A DNA stretch of 64,000 nucleotides from an uncultured bacterium (GTDB taxonomy: Bacteria; Hydrothermota; UBA3072; B12-G15): NCBI GenBank assembly GCA_965612735.1, contig CBFDSV010000005.1:866-64865 (forward strand), written 5' to 3'. The position numbers were made by a program, and so were the translations under genes. Shown here piece by piece: positions 36,501 through 44,495 of this stretch. Position 1 is the stretch's first letter, and every line of letters begins with the position of its first letter. The notes beneath the pieces are model-generated. The model searched no databases and was not told the DNA's origin. It was given only the letters and a program-made list of their open reading frames with translations.

Positions 36501-37938
36501 CTCTCTCAGGATTCATTCAAAGGCAGCGGTTGGCCTTTGCAAAGACTTCGTGGAGGCCAAAGGAAGAGATAAGCACTACACAGCCAGAGTCTTCGGGATG
36601 AGTAAAGAATTTAGATGGGGGGTGATTGAAGGACATTTAGCTACTGACGGCGGGACAAGAAACCGTATTTATACTTCTTCTCTAAAAATGGTTCAGACCC
36701 TGAACATGCTTTCTGCTTCTCTTGGAACCACTACATCAGTTAGAGTAGATGAAAGAGACAACAGATTAAGTGATAAGCCTGTTTACAGTGTTCTGATTTA
36801 TAGATTAAACAGGGAAAATTATGGGGACTTCTGGTTTAAAAAAGGAGATAAACTCTGGGTACGAATAAAAAGTATTACACCAAAAGGAATTTCTACAGGT
36901 TATTGCTTTGAGGTTGAAAATGATGAACCTATGTTTACTGTTGGAACCACAGGTATTCTGACCCATAACTGTAGACTCAGGTTGGACAACAGGGAGTTGA
37001 GAAAGAGGGGAGGAGGTCTCTTCGGGGCAAGCCCCATGACAGGCTCAATCGGTGTTGTTACAATAAATATGCCAAGAACAGGTTATCTATCACGGTCTGA
37101 AGAGGAATTTCTATCAAGGCTTGAACGATTGATGATACTGGCAAAGAACTCCCTGGAGATGAAGAGGAAGGTGCTTGAGGACCTGACAGAGAAGGGTCTC
37201 TATCCATACTCTCGGGTCTATCTATCAGAAGTAAAGAAGGCAACAGGTTCTTACTGGACAAACCACTTCTCAACCATAGGTCTTGTTGGAATGAATGAGG
37301 CATGCATGAACTTCCTTGGTGTTCCCATAACTGCAAAAGAGGGAAAGGAATGGGCAATAAAGATTCTCAATTTCATGAGGGAAAAACTTGCAGATTTTCA
37401 GGAGGAAACTGGAAACCTCTACAATCTTGAGGCAACACCTGCTGAGGGAACCTCATACCGTCTTGCAAAGAAGGACAAGGAGAGGTTTGCCTCCATCTTC
37501 ACACAGGGTGATTCTGATACACCATATTACACAAACTCAGTCCATCCACCTGTGTATGAGTTTGATGATATATATTCATTACTTGAACATCAGGATGACC
37601 TTCAGGTTTTATTCACAGGTGGAACAGTTGTACATCTTTTCCTTGGTGAACCTGTCCATGATTGGAAAATTGTCAGGGAACTTGTGAGAAGAATTGTTGA
37701 AAGATTCAGACTTCCCTACTTCAGCATTACGCCCACATTCTCCATATGCCCTGTTCATGGATACATACCTGGTGAACATCACATATGCCCGTATCCACAC
37801 ACAAAAGAAGAATTGGAAAGATTCGGGGTCATCACTGAACTAACAGAGGAAGAACTTTCAAGGTTACCAGAAAATGCCTACATTAAACCAGAGGACCCTG
37901 GAGGGACTTCCCTATTCCTTGACCTTGGGAATAAATAG
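33574..37938 (+). CDS. nrdD: Anaerobic ribonucleoside-triphosphate reductase catalytic subunit (class III RNR), with ATP-cone and two LAGLIDADG inteins. The glycyl-radical domain is absent (encoded separately downstream).
   Basis: ATP-cone at the N-terminus. HIHDL active-site finger. The two extein junctions, sequence-SM|CRLRL and NCVGWDL, align with the two catalytic Cys regions of E. coli NrdD. C-terminal YYTNS and a Zn-ribbon-like CPVHGY...HHICPY. The ORF track starts at 33523, but the Met with RBS is at 33574. Confidence 0.85.
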   Translation: MERFIRKRDGSIVPYDRARIIRAVSNAMNAVGCKGEADEIAKYVEILLHRWFFRKGSIPHVEEIQDIVERTLMEKGYPEVAKAYILYRQKRKEARDIKSTVEEAENLIEQYIARSDWRVKENSNMNFSLQGMNFYISSSITARYWLNRIYTEDIKRAHDDGDFHIHDLGLLSVYTYYGKEVVIVKDSEGIKLISFEDLYNSCNTQEKLLNERDGAYAKYPVDIYVLDKDGWTKVKRIVKKKKDRYMRFLKNRGGRSVIVTDNHPIITRNGERMAKDVQIQKDETFTVDIPALLKDENLFEEKEIDLLQEIKKYNFEEEIREKIYFNGFHISEIENTSEDGYIHTLTQSFPGKIPLTEELGYLIGFILAEGYLSYDEKAPRTVTVSQKERDILAKINKTLVKLGIPGCINRREDHNVYELVVKNVFFRFLLEKVFGIRPGARHKTLPVRILHYGKEFIKGLIAGFIDGDGSISSSKTTIDVRISSRALLEQMAYLMTFLGITPRDRNLEGAGSVRFYKGREIHQNFPLYGLSFRKTDVELPSQIFQKAERSSKAWHDEDRNAWHIVLNNEKTEIPDDVIYDITTESSTLIVNGMWNHNCVGWDLEALLRRGFGGVAGKIESRPPRHLRTALGQMVNFFYTLQGEAAGAQAFSNFTTYLAPFIRYDGLDRKGVKQALQEFLFNVNVATRSGFQTPFTNITMDLEPPENLKNKNVIIGGEEKGETYGEFHEEMDLLNDVFAEVMMEGDAKQRIFTFPIPTYNITKDFDWKNEKLKSLWEMTAKFGIPYFANFVHSDMKPEDARSMCPIHGDEMVLIRSKRGRGLEYSCIRNIVEGHAKENTYEIFSHGKFVRGRFNRFPNQEMIQVELANGHTLVISKTHINFVMRSRDSEIEELTGAELKPGMFLPYSLKAYNGKGGNRDLGFFVGAYAGDGSFDNDKTVVFSLNKDDRVLREELIRISEKYFGAHYSIIEPEGKGLLSLRIHSKAAVGLCKDFVEAKGRDKHYTARVFGMSKEFRWGVIEGHLATDGGTRNRIYTSSLKMVQTLNMLSASLGTTTSVRVDERDNRLSDKPVYSVLIYRLNRENYGDFWFKKGDKLWVRIKSITPKGISTGYCFEVENDEPMFTVGTTGILTHNCRLRLDNRELRKRGGGLFGASPMTGSIGVVTINMPRTGYLSRSEEEFLSRLERLMILAKNSLEMKRKVLEDLTEKGLYPYSRVYLSEVKKATGSYWTNHFSTIGLVGMNEACMNFLGVPITAKEGKEWAIKILNFMREKLADFQEETGNLYNLEATPAEGTSYRLAKKDKERFASIFTQGDSDTPYYTNSVHPPVYEFDDIYSLLEHQDDLQVLFTGGTVVHLFLGEPVHDWKIVRELVRRIVERFRLPYFSITPTFSICPVHGYIPGEHHICPYPHTKEELERFGVITELTEEELSRLPENAYIKPEDPGGTSLFLDLGNK
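34087..35364 (+). mobile_element. Intein 1 in nrdD (about 420 aa) with a LAGLIDADG homing endonuclease. N-terminal boundary is approximate (34087-34105).
   Basis: Intein block B (SVIVTDNHPIITRNG). LAGLIDADG blocks C and E (LIGFILAEGYL; LIAGFIDGDGSI). C-terminal block G ending ...LIVNGMWNHN followed by extein Cys (C|VGWDL). Confidence 0.7.
35980..36969 (+). mobile_element. Intein 2 in nrdD (330 aa) with a LAGLIDADG homing endonuclease.
   Basis: Begins CPIHGDEMVLI (block A, Cys1). Block B GHTLVISKTHINFV. LAGLIDADG motifs FFVGAYAGDGSF and RWGVIEGHLATDGG. Ends GILTHN followed by extein Cys (C|RLRLD). Confidence 0.8.
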
Positions 37939-37949
37939 CAGGAGGATTT

Positions 37950-38129
37950 ATGAAGGAGATAAAAAAACAAAATGAAAAAGCCGCATCAAAAAAAATCAGG
38001 GTTAAAGTTATAATGCCAGAGATTTATTCAAGGGTTGTTGGGTATTTCAGACCTGTCCAGAACTGGAACAGGGGAAAACAGAAGGAATTTCAGGAGAGGA
38101 GATACCTTAAGATTGATAAGGGGGTTTAG
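37950..38129 (+). CDS. Stand-alone glycyl-radical domain protein (59 aa) corresponding to the C-terminus of NrdD. Not in the supplied ORF track (below its 60-aa cutoff).
   Basis: Translation is MKEIKKQNEKAASKKIRVKVIMPEIYSRVVGYFRPVQNWNRGKQKEFQERRYLKIDKGV. It contains RVVGY (the RVxGY glycyl-radical motif) and a following NxGKxxE...R segment matching the NrdD C-terminus. GGAGG RBS 4 nt upstream. Its stop overlaps the probable nrdG start. Confidence 0.7.
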   Translation: MKEIKKQNEKAASKKIRVKVIMPEIYSRVVGYFRPVQNWNRGKQKEFQERRYLKIDKGV

Positions 38130-38802
38130 CGGAACCACCCTTATAGATTTTCCTGGAAGGATTGCATCCATTGTCTTTATTGGAGGATGCAATTTCAGGT
38201 GTCCCTTCTGCCACAATCCTGAACTCGTCCTTCCCGACCTAATTCAAAAACTCCCAATTCTTACTTCAGAAGAAGTGTTTGAAGAACTGCAAAACCGCAG
38301 GGGTTTTATTCAGGGTGTCACCATCACTGGTGGAGAGCCCCTTGTATGGGACAGCCTGATTGATTTTGTTAGGGGAATAAAATCACTCGGACTGGAAGTC
38401 AAAATAGATACAAATGGCTCCTTCCCTGAGAGGCTGAAGAAGTTAAAAATTCTGGTTGACTATGTTGCAATGGACATAAAATCCTCTCCTTCAAAGTACC
38501 ATCTTGCAACAGGCACTGATATAGACCTGGATAAACTCAAAGAATCCATAGCAATAGTCAAAACCTTCAGGGATTATGAATTCAGAACAACGGTTGTTCC
38601 AGGATTTGTTGACCAAGAGGACATTCATGAAATTGGAGAAATCATAAAAGGAGCAAAAAGGTATGTTCTCCAGCAGTTTAAACCAACAAAGGCAATAGAC
38701 CCGGATACATTGAGTATAATTCCATATACACTTGAAAGGCTTGAGGACTTCAGGGAAACAATCAAAGACTACGTTGATGAGGTCATTATAAGGTCATACT
38801 AA
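38113..38802 (+). CDS. nrdG: Anaerobic RNR activating protein (radical SAM). The ORF track extends it to a TTG at 38035; the TTG at 38113 fits homologues better.
   Basis: GGCNFRCPFCHN (CxxxCxxC radical SAM cluster) about 25 aa from the proposed start. GGEPL SAM-binding motif. Immediately downstream of nrdD and the glycyl-radical ORF. Confidence 0.8.
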   Translation: MIRGFSGTTLIDFPGRIASIVFIGGCNFRCPFCHNPELVLPDLIQKLPILTSEEVFEELQNRRGFIQGVTITGGEPLVWDSLIDFVRGIKSLGLEVKIDTNGSFPERLKKLKILVDYVAMDIKSSPSKYHLATGTDIDLDKLKESIAIVKTFRDYEFRTTVVPGFVDQEDIHEIGEIIKGAKRYVLQQFKPTKAIDPDTLSIIPYTLERLEDFRETIKDYVDEVIIRSY

Positions 38803-39378
38803 GTATCTGAGCAAAAGTTCCATTATAATGGCCGTTCCCACACCAACAGTAAAGTTGTCATCAAGTCTGATGGTTACCGCCTCTATCACTGTTGCACTGA
38901 ATGCACCTATAAGCATCACAACAAATGGAACATTGAGGGGTTTAAAAAATATAAAACCTATTACAAGGCATGTTATAAGGAAGGCAAGGCTACCTTCAAC
39001 ACTTTTACCTTTCAGAAATCTCAGCCTACCCCACCTAATACCAATGATTGTGGATGCAGTATCCCCGAAGAGAAGGTAGAGGAGTGAGAGGATTGCTACA
39101 CCCTTTGTGAACACTGCAATAATAAAGAATGTTGCAAGAAGATATGCAGTTGTACCCATTATAAATCCTGGCTCTTCTTTAAGGATACCCCTTGAATGGT
39201 CGTGGAGTGTTTTGTAAAAACCAGGGGCAACTTTTCTTATTACCTCAATAGGTGTCATGATTCCAAGAAGATAGGCAATTAGCATTTCAGCAGGTATCTT
39301 TGAGGGGGTGAAGGCATAAATCAGTGGGAATATTATCCCAACACCGATTCTATATGTCTTTCTTGCCCATATTTTCAT
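38794..39378 (-). CDS. Integral membrane CTP-transferase-family protein (CdsA / dolichol-kinase-like).
   Basis: LLFGDTASTIIGIRWGR...KGKSVEGSLAF resembles the PF01148 C-terminal signature. 194 aa, multi-TM. Confidence 0.5.
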   Translation of the reverse strand: MKIWARKTYRIGVGIIFPLIYAFTPSKIPAEMLIAYLLGIMTPIEVIRKVAPGFYKTLHDHSRGILKEEPGFIMGTTAYLLATFFIIAVFTKGVAILSLLYLLFGDTASTIIGIRWGRLRFLKGKSVEGSLAFLITCLVIGFIFFKPLNVPFVVMLIGAFSATVIEAVTIRLDDNFTVGVGTAIIMELLLRYLV

Positions 39379-39958
39379 GTCTCATCTCCCTTAATGCTTC
39401 CCTATTTGCAATTATTCCAACAATCAAAAAGATTATGAAGAAGGGCAATGCCCAGTGGATAAATCTTCTGTATATAAAGAGTGCAAGCCCCAGTGCAAAG
39501 ACAAAACCACTAATAACAACCACAGGATTCCTGGGTGCCCTCTGGATGGCAAAGTATGTTACTACAGCAATTGGGAAGAACCATGGAAAGAGGTATAAAA
39601 ACACCCCACCAGAGGTTGCCACACCCTTTCCACCTTTGAATCTTAAAAAGATGGACCAGCAGTGTCCAGCAACTGCAGCAATACCTGTAAGACCCACAAA
39701 GAAAGGATGGAGATTTAGGAAATCCCTTGCAATCCACATGGGTATAATTCCCTTCAGCATGTCAAGTGCCCATACAAGGAGACCATAGGGCTTCCCAACC
39801 TCCCTGAAAACATTTGCAGCACCAGGATTTCCAGAACCCACCTTCCTTATATCAATACCCTTTATCCGGGAAACAATTATGGCAAAGGGTATTGAACCAA
39901 ACAGGTAGCCCATAACAAGTGCCAGACCAATCTTCATATTAAAATTATACAGGAACAT
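39350..39958 (-). CDS. plsY: Glycerol-3-phosphate acyltransferase PlsY.
   Basis: GYLFGSIPFAIIVSR...GSGNPGAANVFR signature. 202 aa, 5 TM helices. Confidence 0.85.
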   Translation of the reverse strand: MFLYNFNMKIGLALVMGYLFGSIPFAIIVSRIKGIDIRKVGSGNPGAANVFREVGKPYGLLVWALDMLKGIIPMWIARDFLNLHPFFVGLTGIAAVAGHCWSIFLRFKGGKGVATSGGVFLYLFPWFFPIAVVTYFAIQRAPRNPVVVISGFVFALGLALFIYRRFIHWALPFFIIFLIVGIIANREALREMRHENMGKKDI

Positions 39959-40039
39959 GGCACAGGGTCAAGGAATTACCAGTCATCTTGACAAAGCATT
40001 CCTTAAAGGTTAACCTGATAAATAAAAAAAGGAGGCGAT

Positions 40040-41440
40040 ATGGACCCTGTTTTGATAGGATTCATTATTTACCTTCTTATTATTCTTGGTGTTGGTCTGT
40101 GGACATACAAACTTACAAAGACACAGGAAGACTTTATTATTGCAGGAAGAAGATTAAACCCCTGGGTTGTTGCCTTTTCAGAGAGGGCATCAGGAGAATC
40201 TGCATGGCTTCTTCTGGGTCTTCCAGGTGCTGTGTTTATGGCAGGATTGATTGAGATATGGACTGCCATTGGTTGTATCCTTGGAATTGCCTTTGCATGG
40301 TTTGTGATTGCAAGGGATTTAAGGGTAAAGTCAGAAGAGCACGGAGCATTGACCATCCCGGAATTCTTTTCAAGCAATTTTGGAGTGAATGATAATAGAA
40401 TAAGGCTTGTTGCCACCTTTATCATTATTTTCTTTTACACATTCTATGTATCTGCACAGTTCAATGGTGCAGGGAAGACCCTGAATGTAACATTTGGTAT
40501 CCCCCATATATATGGAATACTCATAGGTGCTATCGTGATTGTGTTCTATACGCTTATGGGAGGCTTTTTTGCAGTTGCATGGACAGACTTTGTACAGGCA
40601 ATTATAATGATTCTCACCCTTGTTGTACTTCCAATAGTCGGGTTTATTGCTCTGAAGGCAATTGATGTGCCCTTGAATATTTCCTTCTCCTCCCTGTTTG
40701 GAGAAAAGGCTGGATGGGCAGCATTTGCAGGTGTAATAGGTGGTTTGAGCTGGGGGCTTGGATACGCAGGACAACCCCACCTTGTGATAAGATACATGTC
40801 CATCAAAGACCCTGAAAAGGTCAGAATAAGCAGAAACATTGCAATTGCGTGGAGCATACCAGCATTCTTTGGTGCATTCTTCATTGGCGTAATTGGAAGG
40901 GCGCTTATCAGTCCAGGAAACCTTGCTGATGCAGAGAAACTCATGCCCCTGCTTGCAACAACATTCTTCCCAAAGTGGTTCGCAGGAATTCTTATCTCTG
41001 GAGCAATTGCTGCAATGATGTCAACTGCTGATTCACAACTGCTTGTTACAACCTCTGCCATATCTGAGGACATTTACCACAGGGCATTCAGAAGGAAACT
41101 TTCCCAGAAGACACTTGTTGCAGTATCAAGGCTGGTAACATTCCTTGTTGGTGTCTTTGCATTTATTCTTGCCATAGTATCAAAGAAACTGATATTCACC
41201 ATGGTATCCTATGCCTGGTCAGGGCTCGGTGCATCATTTGGGCCTGCAATACTCCTTTCCTTGAAGTGGCCAAAAACCACACCAAACGGAGTACTTGCTG
41301 GCATGATAACAGGTGCTGTCTCCACCATTGTATGGGCAAACATACCTGTGCTTAATAACTTCCTGACCGTAAGGCTTGTTTCATTTATCTTTGCAACTGT
41401 CGCAGTGATTGTGTTCAGCTTACTTGACAGGAAGAAGTAA
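40040..41440 (+). CDS. Sodium:solute symporter family transporter (PutP/PanF-like).
   Basis: 466 aa, about 13 TM helices. SSS-family conserved regions (GRRLNPW, WTDFVQAIIM, SGAIAAMMSTADSQLL). Confidence 0.8.
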   Translation: MDPVLIGFIIYLLIILGVGLWTYKLTKTQEDFIIAGRRLNPWVVAFSERASGESAWLLLGLPGAVFMAGLIEIWTAIGCILGIAFAWFVIARDLRVKSEEHGALTIPEFFSSNFGVNDNRIRLVATFIIIFFYTFYVSAQFNGAGKTLNVTFGIPHIYGILIGAIVIVFYTLMGGFFAVAWTDFVQAIIMILTLVVLPIVGFIALKAIDVPLNISFSSLFGEKAGWAAFAGVIGGLSWGLGYAGQPHLVIRYMSIKDPEKVRISRNIAIAWSIPAFFGAFFIGVIGRALISPGNLADAEKLMPLLATTFFPKWFAGILISGAIAAMMSTADSQLLVTTSAISEDIYHRAFRRKLSQKTLVAVSRLVTFLVGVFAFILAIVSKKLIFTMVSYAWSGLGASFGPAILLSLKWPKTTPNGVLAGMITGAVSTIVWANIPVLNNFLTVRLVSFIFATVAVIVFSLLDRKK

Positions 41441-41668
41441 ACATCCTGGCTGTACAGGGCATTTTACTCATCAAACCCGGACCCCTCAGGTTACTGGAAG
41501 TCTCCTGACCTGGATTTTGAAAGTACTCTCACGATGAACCCTTTCAACTTTCTGCAGATAATGTTCCATACAAGGTTCATTTACGAAAGGGAAGAAAGCC
41601 CTAATCTTCAGATAAAAGAGGTTCTATCCCTTGGGATAAACCTTCCCCTTTAAAAAGAATATTTACTC

Positions 41669-42928
41669 TTATAAAAATTCTCTCGGGTCTGTGATTCTAC
41701 CTGTTACTGCACTTGCAGCAACAGTATAAGGGGAGGCAAGGTATATAAATCCCTCTGGTGAGCCCATTCTGCCCTTAAAGTTCCTGTTGGCAGTGGAAAT
41801 GGCATTCTCTCCAGGCGCAAGCACACCCTCGTGGGCACCAAGGCATGGACCACATCCAGGGTTCAAAACCACTCCACCTGCATCAATCAGAACCTGCAAT
41901 ACCCCATCCTGAAGTGCCTCACTGTAAACCTCCCAGGATGCGGGAAGAATCAAAAGCCTTACACCCTTTGCAACCTTTCTCCCCTTTAATATCTCAGCGG
42001 CTGCCTTCAGGTCTTCAAGCCTTCCATTTGTGCATGTGCCAATAAGTGCCTCATGTACCTCTATACCATCTGCCTCTGACACCGGTTTTACGTTGTCAAC
42101 CGTGTGAGGAAAGGCAACCTGGGGCTCAATATTGGTTATGTCAAACTCCTTCACCTCTATGTAATCTGCATTATCATCTGGATAAACAGGGGAGTAGTCC
42201 TCCTTCTTCACCCTGTCAACAAAATCAAATGTCTTTTTGTCTGGAAGGCAAACACCATTCTTTGCACCCATCTCTGCTGCCATATTTGAGAGTACCATCC
42301 TTCCAGAAATGCTCATATTTTCAACAACACTTCCTGTAAACTCCACTGACCTGTAAAGTGCACCATCTGCACCAATAGACCCAATGATGTAAAGAACAAT
42401 GTCCTTGGGGGTGATACCCTTTCCTGGATTACCTTCAATCACAATCTTCATGCTGTCAGGTATCTTTATCCAGATTTCACCTGTTGCCCAGATGGAGGCA
42501 ACCTCGCTCCTTCCAATACCAGCAGAGAATGCACCGAATGCACCATAGGTTGTGGTATGTGAATCTGCACCGAATATAATCTTCCCAGGCAGGGCAAACC
42601 CCTTTTCAGAGAGCACCTGGTGGCAGATACCGCCTTCAGTATTGATGTCAAAAAAGAATTTTATACCCTGTTCATCAACAAATCTTCTTATTATCTGGTG
42701 ATTCTTTGCATATTTTTCTGATGCAGGTGGCACAACATGGTCTAAGACAATCACAATCCTTTCAGGGTCAAAGACCTTTTCACCACACATATCCTTGAAT
42801 GTCTTAATGATTGCATAGGAGTTATCATGGGACATTACAAAATCAGGCCTGACCATCACAATGTCACCTGGCTTCAAATCCTCACCCAGTCTCTCTGAAA
42901 AGAGTTTCTCAACAAAGGTCTTCCCCAT
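41669..42928 (-). CDS. leuC: Aconitase-family large subunit, 3-isopropylmalate dehydratase / homoaconitase LeuC-like (archaeal-type, 419 aa). No small subunit adjacent.
   Basis: N-terminal TFVEKL...PGDIVMVRPDFVMSHD. Fe-S ligand motifs GTCTNGR and NPGCGPCLG. Confidence 0.75.
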   Translation of the reverse strand: MGKTFVEKLFSERLGEDLKPGDIVMVRPDFVMSHDNSYAIIKTFKDMCGEKVFDPERIVIVLDHVVPPASEKYAKNHQIIRRFVDEQGIKFFFDINTEGGICHQVLSEKGFALPGKIIFGADSHTTTYGAFGAFSAGIGRSEVASIWATGEIWIKIPDSMKIVIEGNPGKGITPKDIVLYIIGSIGADGALYRSVEFTGSVVENMSISGRMVLSNMAAEMGAKNGVCLPDKKTFDFVDRVKKEDYSPVYPDDNADYIEVKEFDITNIEPQVAFPHTVDNVKPVSEADGIEVHEALIGTCTNGRLEDLKAAAEILKGRKVAKGVRLLILPASWEVYSEALQDGVLQVLIDAGGVVLNPGCGPCLGAHEGVLAPGENAISTANRNFKGRMGSPEGFIYLASPYTVAASAVTGRITDPREFL

Positions 42929-43474
42929 TTACTCCTCCTTGAATGGATGGAAGTTCACAAAGTCTGCAAAGTGAACAATCCAGCCCTCGGGAATCCTCTT
43001 GACAAAATCACCCTCCTTTGAGTGTGCAGCAATTATGTGGACAACCTGGTATGGAAGACCATTCTTGTATGCAAGTGCAGCACCTGAAACAGGATGCCTT
43101 ATTCTCTTTCCGAATTCACCAACGTGGATTGTATCCTCTTTTACATACTCAAGGAACTTCCCTACATCATGCAGGATTGCACCAGAAACAAGTATATCCC
43201 TCTCCATGGGTAGAGCATCCCCATATTCCTCTTTTAATGTATCAAAGATGGCAATAGCAGTCCTTGTTACTGCCCTTGTATGTTTGATAAGGGAGATTTT
43301 TGTTCCCTTGATGAGCATGGTGAACGGTATCTCCTCAAGGTCCTCCTCCTTCCAACCCCCAATCTGGATGGCCTCCTCAATGGTCTTAATGGTCTTTTCC
43401 TTCAGTTCACTATCCTTAATCTCCTCAACCTCAGGAAAGATTTTTCTTATATCCATTTCCCCTCCTTCTTTCAC
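42929..43474 (-). CDS. HD-domain phosphohydrolase.
   Basis: H...HD motif (GAILHDVGK) and a downstream His cluster (HIIAAHSKEGD). 181 aa. Confidence 0.6.
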   Translation of the reverse strand: MKEGGEMDIRKIFPEVEEIKDSELKEKTIKTIEEAIQIGGWKEEDLEEIPFTMLIKGTKISLIKHTRAVTRTAIAIFDTLKEEYGDALPMERDILVSGAILHDVGKFLEYVKEDTIHVGEFGKRIRHPVSGAALAYKNGLPYQVVHIIAAHSKEGDFVKRIPEGWIVHFADFVNFHPFKEE

Positions 43475-44457
43475 CCCCTCCCCTTTCTGGGGACGGAGGT
43501 TGACTTTTTGACATTTTTATCTCCTCGTTCCTTCTCCTTTTTAATACGTTCCTTTGCCCTTTTATAAATCTTTCCAAGTGATGAATATCTTAGATTTTTA
43601 AAGATGGGCATCCTGATAATATCACTATACTTCAATCCTGCTTCATCCCTCAACCTCACCAGCAATTCACCACGAAGCCTTTTTCCATTTCTTTTTGAGG
43701 TATCAATCTTTTCAACCTTTACACCAGACTCTTTTTCAAAATCCCTGATAACTTCGGAAGGTTCAACAAATGGATAATCCTTCTTTCTTCTCCGAAGATT
43801 TTCCCCGGTAGATTTTCTCCTGTTAAAACGTCTTTCAATCTCCCCAACAAACTCAGTATTCCCAATCACGTCTCCAAACCGTGTCCTCTTCACATCTGGA
43901 GATTTGTCCCTTGAAATCCAATCCATGAAAAGTGCGTCAAGTTTATCCTTCCCTCCAATGATACTTTCAACAAATTCATGGTCCACAAGGCCAGATGTTT
44001 TTTCAGAAAAGTAATCTGATATACTTGACCATATGTATTCGTATGGATTCTTAACAATTCCTGCACGAACAGGATTCAGTAAAACATATGTGAGTACCAT
44101 AATCATGTAGGGCTCATCCTGAATCAAAGTGGATTTGTACCTATCTTGAAAAACATACCCTTTCCCACCCTCAAGATATCTATAATATTTTCCAAAAGTA
44201 CCATTCAGATACCTCATAAAATCACCAAGCCTTCCTGAGGAATTCTGCAAAACAAGATGATAATGATTATCCATAAGGCAATATGCAAATATTTTTATAC
44301 GGTATTTATTCTTTGCCTCTGCCAACAGGTTGAGGAAATAGTTTTTGAGTTCTGTAGACAGAAAAACAGGTTCTCCCCTTAATCCACGGGAGACAATATG
44401 ATGATATGCACCTTCATAAGTTACACGGGCATGCCTCATAGAGAGGATTATAAACAA
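43471..44457 (-). CDS. REP-associated tyrosine transposase (RAYT; IS200/IS605-like Y1 HUH transposase) with a long basic C-terminal extension. Probable true start is the ATG at 44439.
   Basis: HHIVSRG and the HUH motif (MDNHYHLVL). Catalytic-Tyr region (FQDRYKS). Flanked by inverted REP copies. The C-terminal roughly 150 aa is K/R-rich with a possible DnaA-domain-IV-like HTH. Confidence 0.75.
   Translation of the reverse strand: MFIILSMRHARVTYEGAYHHIVSRGLRGEPVFLSTELKNYFLNLLAEAKNKYRIKIFAYCLMDNHYHLVLQNSSGRLGDFMRYLNGTFGKYYRYLEGGKGYVFQDRYKSTLIQDEPYMIMVLTYVLLNPVRAGIVKNPYEYIWSSISDYFSEKTSGLVDHEFVESIIGGKDKLDALFMDWISRDKSPDVKRTRFGDVIGNTEFVGEIERRFNRRKSTGENLRRRKKDYPFVEPSEVIRDFEKESGVKVEKIDTSKRNGKRLRGELLVRLRDEAGLKYSDIIRMPIFKNLRYSSLGKIYKRAKERIKKEKERGDKNVKKSTSVPRKGRG
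43489..43518 (+). repeat. REP-like element, copy 3 (+): GGGGACGGAGGTTGACTTTTTGACATTTTT. It forms the left inverted repeat flanking the RAYT gene.
   Basis: Same core as copy 1. Preceded by CCTCCCC, which can pair with GGGG(AC)GGAGG. The annotated 3' end of the RAYT ORF reads through it (…PRKGRG*). Confidence 0.7.
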
Positions 44458-44461
44458 ATTT

Positions 44462-44495
44462 GAGAAACTGTCAAATTGTCCACCTCCGTCCCCGG
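44462..44495 (-). repeat. REP-like element, copy 4 (- orientation), 5 nt upstream of the RAYT start. It is the right inverted repeat.
   Basis: Reverse complement reads CCGGGGACGGAGGTGGACAATTTGACAGTTTCTC. Preceded (on that strand) by CCCCCCC ATTT, giving a hairpin. Confidence 0.7.

Noticed and set aside
37936-37952. Possibility that the nrdD / glycyl-radical ORF split is a sequencing frameshift.
   Set aside because: The large ORF continues about 40 aa past the Zn-ribbon with unique sequence. The small ORF has about 27 unique N-terminal residues and its own GGAGG RBS. A single indel would not recreate a contiguous canonical NrdD C-terminus. Still flagged for read-level verification.
38828-39079. 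83-aa + strand ORF and other short ORFs nested inside annotated genes (for example 3271..3489, 6446..6823, 9892..10074, 31130..31345).
   Set aside because: They overlap well-supported genes on the opposite or another frame and lack RBS or conserved motifs. Treated as spurious six-frame products.
41441-41668. 228-bp intergenic region between convergent putP-like and leuC-like genes, examined for tRNA or ncRNA.
   Set aside because: No cloverleaf-compatible GTTCRANYC T-loop, anticodon-stem pattern or REP core was found. Nothing could be supported beyond a plain convergent spacer.
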